Assembly: GCF_018977255.1 (NCBI RefSeq)
Contig: NW_024704743.1
Location: forward strand, 69,690,001 to 69,754,000
From: Callorhinchus milii
Taxonomy: Eukaryota
DNA length: 64,000 bases
Reading direction: 5' to 3'
A program made the translations under genes and the position numbers. Of the stretch, positions 11,963 to 23,189 are shown piece after piece. A model generated the notes under the pieces. It had not been told where the DNA came from. It worked only from the letters and a program-made list of their open reading frames with translations, and did no database searches. Each line of letters opens with the position of its first letter. The first letter of the stretch is position 1.

Positions 11963-12566
11963 CTGGAAGATAAAAGATTTAGGAATATGAGGAAGAAATC
12001 TCCACTAACTCAGGCTGCTATAAATTTAGGTTTTACCTTGGGGATTTAAACATGGAGAAATCGTTGATAGCAAAAAGTTAAATTGACGCAAAAATCTGTG
12101 AACTAGGATGATTTCCAGATATCAGCGTAGACTCAATTCATGCTCTAGAACCCCTGATGCCACGAATTGAGCCTACACTGATGCCTGAAAATCTCCCCTC
12201 TTCACCACAGTAAGAGTGCCAAGTGTAATTGCTTGGCATATTGTAAATCTGGTTACTAGGGATACATATCAATAAAAAATACTTCCATTCGCAATTTTAA
12301 TCAGAATGACTAGTATGTGAAAAGGAAAATTCTGAGAACAGGAAGTGGAATCTTCATTAAGATGTGTCCAAATCAGTGTCCATTTCCTAAGTTAAAGTGA
12401 TTTTCTGTGAAAGTTCATATCAGCAGCTTAAAGGAATCTTATAAACAACATTTGTGATCAGCAGTCTAAAACAAGTGTTGTGGTTTTAGACCAAAATAGT
12501 TTTGTAAAAGATTAAAATTGTTAAGCACCTATCAAAAAAACTGGTTTTAATGGATGTTCAACTAAG

Positions 12567-12918
12567 CCTGTAGCTCTGTGGTTAGAGCACTCGCCTCGCA
12601 AGCGGGAGACCTGGGTTCGAATTCCGGCATGGCGAAATGATGGCAAGTTTCCTTACTCCACACACCTGTTTACCAAGCAGAAAGTAGGAACCTGGTTGTT
12701 AGTCGATTGGCGGATCGCTTTTCCAGGGGTAATAATTCTTTCAAAAAGTATTAAATTAGTTACTTCAATCCATAACTATTTGGGGGAGAGTTGTGCGCAA
12801 TTGGCTGCCGTGTTTCGCCCACAAAATATACAGTCAATTCACGTTACAGTATATTCAGTGAAGTTCTTTGAGATGTCTCAACGACGTGATAAGCGTTATA
12901 TCAAATTCAAAGATTATT
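12567..12918 (+). mobile_element. tRNA-headed SINE, long subfamily
   Basis: A/B boxes (TAGCTCTGTGGTTAG, GGTTCGAATTCC), central segment, Deu-like 3' part and ATT tail. Confidence 0.9.
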
Positions 12919-13388
12919 AAACATCCTGATAAGACAGCTGCAAGGAAGGTCACATGAATCTTCAAACTAGGCAAAATCCGTGAAAAAAATTGGATATTTA
13001 AGATCAGTATATTTTAATCAGTTAGACGTTATCAAGGACCACTAGGTAAATTAATCTTGAAACACGTTGCCCTCGAGTTTATACAAAAATAGTACAGCAA
13101 TACTGAAGAGGAACAAAATTGTCTGGAACACTGAACCTAAAATGGTAGAAGCTGATCCTGTGCATTTGGATTTCTCTCAACTAAAGAACTGCAGTGGCCC
13201 ATATGTTACATGGACTTATAAATGAGATCCATCAAGATACAAGTCATCTACAACAACAACTCAAAAAAGTTCAAACTCCTTAACTTGCTCAGCCAAGTCA
13301 ATATTATACAAGAAATGTAATCGTAAAAACAATAAGACTTGACAAAAAAATGAAAACATTAGCCACTCAGTACAAGACTGATTGGCTT

Positions 13389-13700
13389 GTGGAGTCCTAT
13401 AGCTCAGTGGTTAGTGCACTCGCTTTGCAAACGCGACACCTGGGTTCAATTCCAGGCAGAGGGCAAAACCTTGGGCAAGTTTCCTTACTCCACACGCCTA
13501 ATAATAATCCCTCCAAAAAACAAATAATAAATTGGCCATTTTCAATCCACGACTGTTTGTGGGACATTGCTGTGCGCAATTGGCTGCTGCGTTTCACCCA
13601 CAAATATACAGTCAATTCACTTTACAGCATATTCTGTGAAGCGCTTTGAGATGTCTAGAAGACATGAAGAGCACTATATCAAATGCAAGGATTATTATTA
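13389..13700 (+). mobile_element. tRNA-headed SINE, short subfamily, full length
   Basis: Begins GTGGAGTCCTATAGCTCAGTGG and ends CAAATGCAAGG(ATT)n; close to the copy at 60053. Confidence 0.95.
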
Positions 13701-14350
13701 TAAAGGGTAAGATGGCAAATATAACAATGACATTGTTTGAAAATTAAAGTTCTCTTCACCATGTTACAGAGTATCAGCTTAGCTCAGTAGGTAGTACAGG
13801 TCAGAAGGTCAAGGCCTACATTCCCCAAATCAAATAGATTTTATTTGCTGGTCTCTATTGTACTCAGAAATACATCTTGGCATTTAACAAAGTTTGACAA
13901 GCATTTTCAATGAAGATTGGCTTATCTCACATAACTACTTCAAACAAATTGTTCTGCTCGAGTGGGAAAACAAAAACAATATCTGGCAAAGGTCGAAAAT
14001 AGGTTACTTTCAGTAATTACACTTATAATACAATTTTTGTACTGAATAGGTCTTTAGCTTTTCTACGAGCAGAAATCTCAAGTTAGCACAACGCCACAAC
14101 TGAAATAAACGGGTAACTACTTCCATGAAAACTAGTACAAATCTACCTGCTTAGACCCCCCCCCACACACACCCCCACAATCCACATCATCACCTTTCCC
14201 TTAATCTTCGCACAATAACACAACCTATTTTGACACGACCAGGAATATGAAACAAAGTCAGGGATACGTTCCAACATCCGAACTTCATCCCAACATCTAA
14301 ACTTCGAAAGGATCTGAAACATGGTTTGCTGAAGTTATGGCCAGTGAGGT

Positions 14351-14354
<4 letters not shown>

Positions 14355-14382
<28 letters not shown>

Positions 14383-14389
14383 GGGGGGG
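14355..14389. repeat. (TG)n microsatellite plus G run
   Basis: Visible tgtgtg...ggggggg; a second (TG)n(TA)n tract lies at about 14724-14765. Confidence 0.95.
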
Positions 14390-14723
14390 TGCAAAACCCC
14401 AGCGCCGCGACTACAGCACGCGGTTGGATGAGGAGACGCGCTGGTTTCCCCCTCGGCTCCAGTGCACAGTACACACAGCAACGGCCCCCGCGCTGCCATG
14501 AGAGGACGGTCACCAGGGAGGGAGGGAGGGAGGGTTCATAAATACTTCACGGCTTTAATCCCCCTCATCCCTGTCCGACAGCCAAGCTCACGAACCGCAC
14601 TGCGAGAGGCGAGCAGAGCAGACGGCCATTTTAAGGCTGGCGGGTGGGGGGGGGAGTGGCACAAGGTGTGAGTGTGTGACAGGACGCAACGCAAGTTGAT
14701 CGTTTAACAAGATTCCTGTATAC

Positions 14724-14754
<31 letters not shown>

Positions 14755-16250
14755 AACACATATATAAAATCAGCATCGCCTTTCACTCCCCGCCAAAACA
14801 AAAATGGGGCGGCCTTCGACGAGATGCGACTGACCCGAGTCGAGAAGAGCGGGAGGTGGGAACTTCGAACTTTTAAAAACCCTCTTCGTTTTAAAGGAGC
14901 GATTTTATTTTAAGTTGCTGTTGCCTTGTCGTGAAGGGGAATAAATAAATCAATCAATCGATAAATAAATAAGTCAGACGGGTTGACGATGGACGCGCGC
15001 AACATCCAGAGGTTGTCCTGCCCGGGTTTATCTTCTCGATGTCCTCCGTCCCCCCTCTTAACGCTTATTACTAATTATTATTATGAAGATTAGAGTCGGT
15101 CGGGGACGGTAAAGAACGCGCTCAAAGGCGCCCTCGACCTGTTGGGGTTTGCAGCCGTCCGTCCTGCGTCACTGACACCACCTCACACCCCCCACCACCA
15201 CACCCCAACTCCATTCTTCCTCTCTCCCCCCCTCTCTCTCCCCCTCTCTGGGGATTCACCGTCAAAGTCAAACATTATTTTTTTTGTGTGTAAAAAGGTG
15301 TGAAATACAAAAAGAACGAAAGGTGAGAAAGTAACGTCGAAAACACCACCACCACCACCATCAACAACAACACCCTCCTCCTCCTCCTCCCGCCGCCGCC
15401 ATTTACCATTTCCGCCATTTTCTCCACAAGCCGTTGAGTGGGAGCCGATAAAAATCTGCTGGAAAGAGCGAGAGGGCGAGGCCCGCCCGACACGCGCTCT
15501 TATACCACCCGCCAGCGGAAGCGCCCATTTCACCAACAAAGAGGGTGCACGTGTGACTGCGCGACGGGTTGCAACATATGGCACATTCCCCCCGCCCCGC
15601 ACTTCTCGACACGCGCTAACGGACTTCGCCAACCGCAGGGATTGCGACCCCAATCCACACCCCACCGGGATGGACGGCCTTCTCGCGCGCGCTTGTTTCC
15701 CCCCTCCCCCCCCTTCGTTCCTGCGCAGGTCAGGGTTTTGGCACAGTCCGCCCGCCCTCCACACGTTCGGAGGCTTCGAGGCGGCCACGTGATGCTCAAG
15801 GCTCGTTGGGCGGGTTCGCCACCGATTAGGCGGGTTTTTGTGGCGCTGCGCGTGAAATAACGGCTTTGGGCGGGTGCCTCGTTTCGATTGTTTTTAAACT
15901 TGAACCTACGAAAGGCGGTTTTTTTTTCTTTTTTTTTTAAAAAATTTAAAAAAAATAAACTTCCTTCGAAGACCTTCTCTCCCGCAGTTTCAAAAGCACT
16001 GACCTAAATTGGCCGCTCCGCTAAGCCAATGGGAGTCAACTGGTAACGTTGGGCTACTTTGGGGCGAGTGTGTGCTGGGGCTCTGGGCTACAAAGCTGTG
16101 TTAATTGCTGGCCACCCGATGGCGGTGGTGACGGTGGTGGTGGATCTCGAGTTGGTGGGGACAGAGCCGTGTTTGCTGAGCAAGGGAGCGGCCGCGGTGG
16201 TGGTGGTGGTCCTCCCAACGTGAAAGGCGCTCTATAAATGGAATCTTGTT
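14380..16250. promoter_or_regulatory. CpG-island promoter of DAZL
   Basis: Sharp rise in GC and CpG density over CpG-poor flanks. Contains exon 1, a TATA-like TATAAGA (minus, 15498-15504), GC boxes, CACGTG at 15548 and 15786, and CCAAT boxes at 16008 and 16025. Confidence 0.85.
15407..15418 (-). CDS. DAZL: DAZL exon 1 coding part (MAEM)
   Basis: Minus strand reads gagaaaATGGCGGAAATG|gtaaat inside a CpG island. An exon 1 ending in ATG at a phase-0 donor matches vertebrate DAZL, and it is in frame with exon 2. Confidence 0.75.
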
Positions 16251-16689
16251 GTTGTTGTTGTTGTGAGAGTCACAGAGATGGGGTGGAGTCAGGTCATGGA
16301 GATGATCTCCATTTCTCACTGGACTGGTGGAGGAGTTGTTGCCTTAACATTACATCCAAGGGACCTGTGTGCACCCTGACATTGCCCCCCACTGCACTGG
16401 AATATCAGCTGAGACCATGAGCTCAGTCCTCACATGGGCCCTTGTGACCCAAGTCAACAGTGTGTATTCTCAGTTTCTTGCGACTAGATCTCAGCAGGTC
16501 CTGTTTTAATTCAAGTTCCACTGACTCCCATCACCCGGTTTGCTGTTGGTGGAACCGACTCGAATCCGATCCATGTCTACTCACTGTAACGAACTCCCTT
16601 TGAATGTAAATTTGGCACTCGGAATTTGTTCGGTGCCGCCCCTACAAGTAACATTTTGTTGCAGCAAATGCTCGAGTACGTGACTCGTT

Positions 16690-17323
16690 GAGCTGATATA
16701 GCAGCAATAATCAATGTATCAAATGTAAGACTTCATAAGTGTTGTGATACCCTTGAATCTCCTATTCATGTAGTGGCAATATTGGAGACCTGGCTCAAAC
16801 GAGGGTAGCATTGAGAGCTGAATATTTCTTGCTACAATGTATTCAGGAGGGATAGGGAAGGAAAAAAGGAGGTGTGGGGGGGGGGGGCGGGGTGGGTGGC
16901 AATATTGATTAAAGCCGCAGTTACGGCCCTGAAAATGGACAATGTGCTAGAGAGTCCAAAAACCGAATCTATTGGGTTAGAGTTAAGGAGCAGAAAAAGA
17001 GCTGTTACTCTTGTTAGTACACCACCAAATACTGGGAAGGTGATAGACGAGCAAATCTGTAAGCAGATTTCAGAAAGATGCAAACCAATAGAGTAGTGAT
17101 AATGGGGGACTTCAATTATCCTAACATAGACTGACAAAATAACAGTGTAAAGGGCAAGGAGGGGGAAGGATTCCTGAAATGTGTGCAGGATAATTTTCTG
17201 GATTAGTATGTTTCCAGTCCAATGAGGAAGGAAGCAGTGCTGGGTCTAGTTCTAAAGAATGAAGTCGAGCAGTTTCAGTTGGACAGCATCTGGACAACAG
17301 TGATTGCAACATCATTAGGTTTA
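16690..17323 (+). mobile_element. CR1 endonuclease-domain fragment
   Basis: Frameshifted APE motifs (ETWL, YNVFRRDREGKK, MGDFNYPNID, SDHN-like). Confidence 0.8.
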
Positions 17324-18609
17324 GCTTTATCGTACTACCATACCTAGTGGCCTGGTAGTGCGATAAGGCACTCGGGAAAGCCTCCGATCGCAGGCTCAGT
17401 AAGCTGATCAGGAATACCTGTCATCGTGTGTCCCTGACGCAGTCAAATTATCAGAGGATGGGAATTTGCACTCACGGAGTTAGGAGTTAATACTGAGGCC
17501 GCCTTGTACTCTTCGCGTTACTGACATTCGCAGGGTATATGGAGGGGTGAGAACCATCGCAGAGCAAAGAACACTTTTAGCAACTCATGTTGAGTGTGGA
17601 TTCATAAAATCCAGCAAAGAAAAACAGGTATAACCTATCAGATGGTGTATATTTGTTGAAATTATCCTTCATGCCCTCAGCACACATTAACTTTTCATAG
17701 CAACAGCGGTCCCAATGATATTGGTTCAACATTGTAAAATCACATTTGGTCACTTTGCGGCATACAAGCTCTACATTTTGTCACTTTAATGTCCTGCAAG
17801 ATCAAAAAAGCTCACAGTTACTACAACCAAATGTTACACTTAAAATCTAGAACAAGAAAGACATTGCACACTGTTTCCACTAACTTTTATAATTATAAGT
17901 ATTCTAGATTGATTAATTAATATGTAGAGCCTCTTGTCAGAAGATGAAATGCATTTGGATAGTATTCTTGGTAAAGCATAATGCCTGTGAAAGAAATGGA
18001 CTACATATTAGAAGTGTACGTGACAAATAAAGTGACTATGAAGTCCCCCATATAGTGTTGGGGATATTCCCCAACATACACTGGGAATACCATACGCTGA
18101 GCAATGTAATATGACTGCTTGCTGACTGTGTGCCAGGGAGCCCACAAAGGGCAGTTCTCTCCTTGACTTGGTTTTAGTTCGTGATCCAAGCACTATTCAA
18201 CAGACGTAGTTGATCGACTGGATGACAATGATTACAGCTCAGTAACATTCAAATTGACTTGAGAAATGGCAACCAACCTCCAGTGTACAGCTTTAAAAAA
18301 TGGGGCGAGGTATTAAGTTGGATGCCTCTGAGGTCTGAACTGGGATGCTTTCTGTTGTATACATTAATGATATGGATTTGCTGACTCAGTGTAAGGTAGT
18401 CAAACAACTGTTGATGGCACCAAGCTGGGTGAACTGTGCAATCAGAAACAGTCTTACAAAGAGAGCTTATTGGAGTATGGAAATGGACTGATGACTACCA
18501 AATGAAGTTCAATACAGATACGGATATATGAAGTAAGAGGAGGCACATGTACTTCATGGATGGTATAGAAATTGACAAAGTGAAGTTGAAAAAGTTCTAA
18601 GTTTGTTAC

Positions 18610-19385
18610 CTTATCACTCCTCATATCAAAAGATCGCTGGACTGAGGGATGAGGATGTACACACGGTGCAGGCAGACGTACAAAGGATCGCAAGATCATT
18701 TTATTTTGACCTGTACTGTGAGAAGCCCACGGAGAGCATGGCCGCCCATGACTTTCTGTCGGCCATCACCGAGGGTTTGCATGAGAGGAGCCGGGGGCAC
18801 CTGGAACGCTTGCTCTCCCTGAATGAGCTGAACAGGGCCGTCAATGCCCTCCAGACAAGTAAGACCCTCGGGTGGGGGCAACAGCCTCCCGATGGAGCTC
18901 TCCTCGTCTCTGTGGGACGTGATGGGCCCGGAACTGCTTGGAGCATACAATAGTATGCTGCTGGCAGGGAGCATAGCAAACTCCTTGAGAAAAAGCATGG
19001 TCACTCTCTTCTACAAGCAGAAGGAGGAAATGAAGAAATGGCGGCTGATTATGCTGCTCGTTGTAGATTATAAGATCTTGGCCGAGGCAATCTCCGAGTG
19101 GATCAAGACTGTGATCCACCCTAACCAAACCTGTATGGTTCTGGGCCGAGGAATCTCTGCTAGGATCGCACTACTCAGGGATACCATTGCCTATGCGCAG
19201 GAGAGAGCGATGGAGATGGACGCCTGCCTGATCAGTCTTAATCAGGAGAAAGCCTTCGACAGAGTATCGCATGACTACATGTTTGAGGTGCTTTCCAAAA
19301 TGGGTTTTGAGGAGGCAATTTTGAACTGGATCCGGCTGCTCTACAGAGACATCTGTAGAGTAGTCACATTCATAGGCTGCAACTG
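18610..19385 (+). mobile_element. Tx1/L1-clade LINE RT fragment
   Basis: DYKILAEAI...IHPNQTC...LLRDTIAY...CLISLNQEKAFDRVSHDYMFEVLSKMGF...WIRLLY, typical of Tx1-type RT. Confidence 0.85.
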
Positions 19386-20059
19386 AAGTACCTCATACAG
19401 TTCTGGTTGCCGCAACAAAAGATCACAAGATTTGGTCGGGATGAAGAAGGCCCTTCAGCCCATCCCATCTCATCCCTCCAGAGCACCCACCCTATTGTTC
19501 TCTCAACAGGGTAAGACAATGAAAAATTTCAGGCTTCAGATAACAGAACTTTATTTTGAAAGCACAAATAAACAGAAGCAATGCTGCAATCAATTTGCAG
19601 CTTTCAAAGCTCATCTGCAGAGCAGTACTTCATCATAGTTACAAAAAATCCTTGCAGAAGGGTGGAATCCAATTCACTTACTGATTATCACATTGCTCCA
19701 ATATGACAGCAGAATGAAATGTTCAGGATAATATTGCCAATGCCACTGTCAGTTGGTGTATATCAAAGACAATTTAATGTATCAAACAGAAAATAGACAT
19801 CACTTATTATTCCAGCCATCACTCAACTAAATTAAACATTCAGAAAATAATCAACTGGAGATATCCTATCTTAATCTCCATCATGTGCACAAGTCTTTTC
19901 ATGAATGATGACAAAACCTTCAACGTAGAAATAATCTGCAGCCAAATTTTCTCAATATATCAGAAAGTTTGCTAACAATTCAACCCTACTTAATTTGTAA
20001 ACTAAAGTACCTCCAAATATACTTAAAACAAACAAAAAAAAAACTTTGATCCCTCTAAT

Positions 20060-21068
20060 TTCTCACACTACCGGCCCATTTGCAACCTACCCTTCCTTGT
20101 CAAAGTCCTGTAATGCATTATTGCAGGTCAATTTTGGTCACACTTCTCCTTCCACTATTTCCTTGAGCCCCTGCAGTCTGGTTTTCGCCGTCCCCACAGC
20201 TCAGACACAGCGTTTGTCAAAGTCACAAACAATGTCCTCTTTCTGTGACCAGGGCTCCCTCTGCCACCTCGTCCTCGTGGATCGCTCTGCTGCGTTTGAC
20301 CACACCATCCTCATCCACCGCCTTTCCTCCCTCATCTGCCTTGGTGGGACGGCACTTGCATGGTTTGACTTCTACTTAACCAACTGCCTCCATTTCATCT
20401 TGGCAAATGGTTTCTCCTCCCGCCCCCACCTGGGTATCCCAGGGCTCCATCTTTGGCCCTCTTCTTTTCCTTATCTATATTCTCCCTCTGGGCAATATCA
20501 TCCGCAAACATGGGGCAAACTTCCACATGTTTGCAAATGACACACAAATCTATTTTGCCTTCTCCAGTACCATCTCCAGATCTGCTGATGTTCTATCAGC
20601 TTGTCTGGTAGATATTAAAGCCTGGATGAGTGCAAACTTCCTGCAGATGAATATGGACAAGACGGAAGCCATATTCCTTGGCTCCTGTCAACATCTTCAC
20701 TCCTACTGGTCAACATCTTCACTGGATCTAAACTCAACCTCTCTGGGCTCTCCCTCAGACTCACCAAACCAATGCGCAACCTTGGCGTCCGGTTTGACCC
20801 CCACTGACCTTCCTCCCCTACATCTGGTCCCTGACCAAGACTGCCTTCTTTTAGCCTCCGCCACATTGCCCGGCTCCAACTGTCCTTGCCCCTCATGCAT
20901 TGGTTTGTCACCTCCCACTTGGATTACTCAAACGCACTCCTTGCCAGTCTCTCCACCATTCACAAGATCCAGCTCATTCAAAACTCCGCTGCCCGCTTAC
21001 TGACCCAGACTAAACTCCAGTTCTGGCCAGGCTCCACTGGCTCCCCATCATCGAACGGATCGACTTCA
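20060..21068 (+). mobile_element. L2 LINE RT fragment
   Basis: [42 protein letters not shown]. Confidence 0.9.
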
Positions 21069-21164
21069 AGTGATTACTACTTTCAGAAAGTGATCTGCCA
21101 ATCAATTAACAACTGGATTCCTAATTACTGTTAGTTATACAGAGGCATGTGGAGTAAGGAAATT

Positions 21165-21537
21165 GTGGAGTCCTGTAGCTCAGTGGTTAGAGCGCTCGTC
21201 TCGCAAGCAAGAGACATGGTTTTGATTCCCGGCAGGGTGAAATGTTGGGCAAGTTTCCTTACTCTACTCGCCTCTGTTTACCAAGTAGTAAGTAGGAACC
21301 CAGTTAGTCAATTGCCGGAACGCTTTTCTGGGGTAATAATTCCTTCAAAAAAAAAAATAGTAATAATAAACTGGTCACTCAATCCACGACTGTTTGTGGG
21401 ACACTGCTGTGCCTAATTGGCTGCTTCATTTCACCCACAAAATATACAGTCAATTCACTTTACAGTATATTCTGTGAAGCGCTTTCAGATGTCCCAACGA
21501 TGTGATAAGGCACTATATTAAATGTAAGGATTATTAT
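21165..21537 (+). mobile_element. tRNA-headed SINE, long subfamily, preceded by an inverted SINE fragment (about 21070-21163)
   Basis: Full GTGGAGTCCTGTAGCTCAG head through the ATT tail. Confidence 0.92.
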
Positions 21538-21549
21538 GTTATAAGCGTA

Positions 21550-22110
21550 GACTCCTACCATAAACCAACTCCTCTGTCCACCCTTCCATGTCTCTGCCAT
21601 CCTCTCCTCGAACAACAAATGCGAGGAGAAGATGGATTTCCTCAAGTCCAAAGTTGAGGGGATTGCTCTGCTGCCTCTAGCCCCCCCCTACTGGCACCCA
21701 CTACCCGCTCTCCTTCCAGTCCCCCACTCCATCCCACTCTCCACACTTTTGACTCTGTCTCCCCCTCTTAACTCACTGCCATCATTTCCCGTATGAAACC
21801 TGCTCCCTTGACCCTTAATCCTACCCCTTTCCTCACCTCCCAGTTCCACTTCCTTGCCCCCCTATTAACAGACCTCATTAACCTTTCCCTATCCACTGGT
21901 ACCATACCCACCCCCCCCAAAGACAGCTGTCATCAAACCTACCTTCAAAAAACCTTCCGTTGACCCATCTCTGCTATCCAATTAATGACCCATTTCAAAC
22001 CTTTTTCTGTCAAAGGTCATGGAACAAGTTGTCGCTTTTCATCTTTGCTCTTTCCTCTCCTGGCATTCCGTCCATAAACCCCTCCAATCTGGGTTTTGTG
22101 CTGCTGTGAC
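21550..22110 (+). mobile_element. L2 LINE fragment (pre-RT region)
   Basis: C-rich segment similar to 58900-59240 (KTAVI, KKP.DP, PISNL, LQSGF motifs). Confidence 0.75.
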
Positions 22111-22509
22111 GGTTCTGTCACTTTTATATGTACATCCACGATATGGCTCGCTCTCCCTCGCAGTGTACTGGGTGGCCTCTCTGTTCAATCCTCACTAATG
22201 AATGCAAGTCCCTATAACAAGGTGTAACTTGACTAATGAGTTCTTCCACAATGACAGGTATTACCAATTGCTATTTAAGTGAAAGCAAATTGGGAAGCTT
22301 CAGTCAATCAGAGGTTTATTTTACACCTCTGTGATCTAGGCTGAACCCGTTTGTGTATTCCCTCCTTTGATTTTTCAGAAAGCTCGAATTAAGCAGTTAA
22401 GTTTGCTCAACAGAATGTTATTGCAACTTCAATGAATTCCACAACCCTCGGCATTAAATCTTAAACGACACGATAAATATCAACAAACACAACTATGAGA
22501 TAACAAACA

Positions 22510-22812
22510 AGCTCAGTGGTTAGAGCACTCGCTTTGCAAGCAAGAGACCTGAGTTCAATTCCAGGCAAGTCAGGGCGAAACCTTGGGCAAGTTTCCTTGC
22601 TCCACACAGAGCCTAATAATAATCCCTCCAAAAACCAAAAACAATAATAAATTGGTCATTTTCAATCTACGACTGTTTGTGGGACATTGCTGTGCGCAAT
22701 TGGCTGCCGCGTTCGCCCACACATATACAGTCAATTCACTTTACAGTGTATTCTGTGAAGCGCTTTGGGATGTCCTCCCGACGTGAAAATGCAAGGATTA
22801 TTATTATTATTA
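22510..22812 (+). mobile_element. tRNA-headed SINE, short subfamily
   Basis: Slightly 5'-truncated head; body close to the copy at 60053. Confidence 0.92.
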
Positions 22813-23189
22813 ATCACACTACACATGCTAGCAGTCACTTGTAATCAAGTTAATGTAAAAGTGCATGAAGAACCAACCTCTAACTACTACTCATTAATAG
22901 TCAGAGCACATACCTTTGTTGTCATCGTGGAGAAAAATAGCGACTATGAGTGCTTGTTCTTTTATGGGCATTGAGCCCCTCCCCAAATTAAGGTACTGAA
23001 TGGTAATTGTATTGCACCAGTTACTTTGCATATTAGAATAGTCAGTTACCTGCCAAATTGTTGCAATCGACACTGTCATCGTATCAGACTTGATGGGACC
23101 AATAAATATCAAAAATGTTAAATACATAAAAAAGTGTATTTAAAGCGCTACTCAATATATTTAAACAGTAGAAAAGCATAGAAAACAAA

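Noticed and set aside
15275..15418. Intron-1 read-through peptide MAEMVNGGGGRRRRRVLLLMVVVVV that resembles a signal or TM peptide
   Set aside because: The composition follows from GGC/GGA/GTT/GGT trinucleotide runs; there is no evidence of intron retention.
15183..15860. Several 70-200 aa ORFs across the CpG island
   Set aside because: Stop-poor GC-rich DNA with no recognisable domain.
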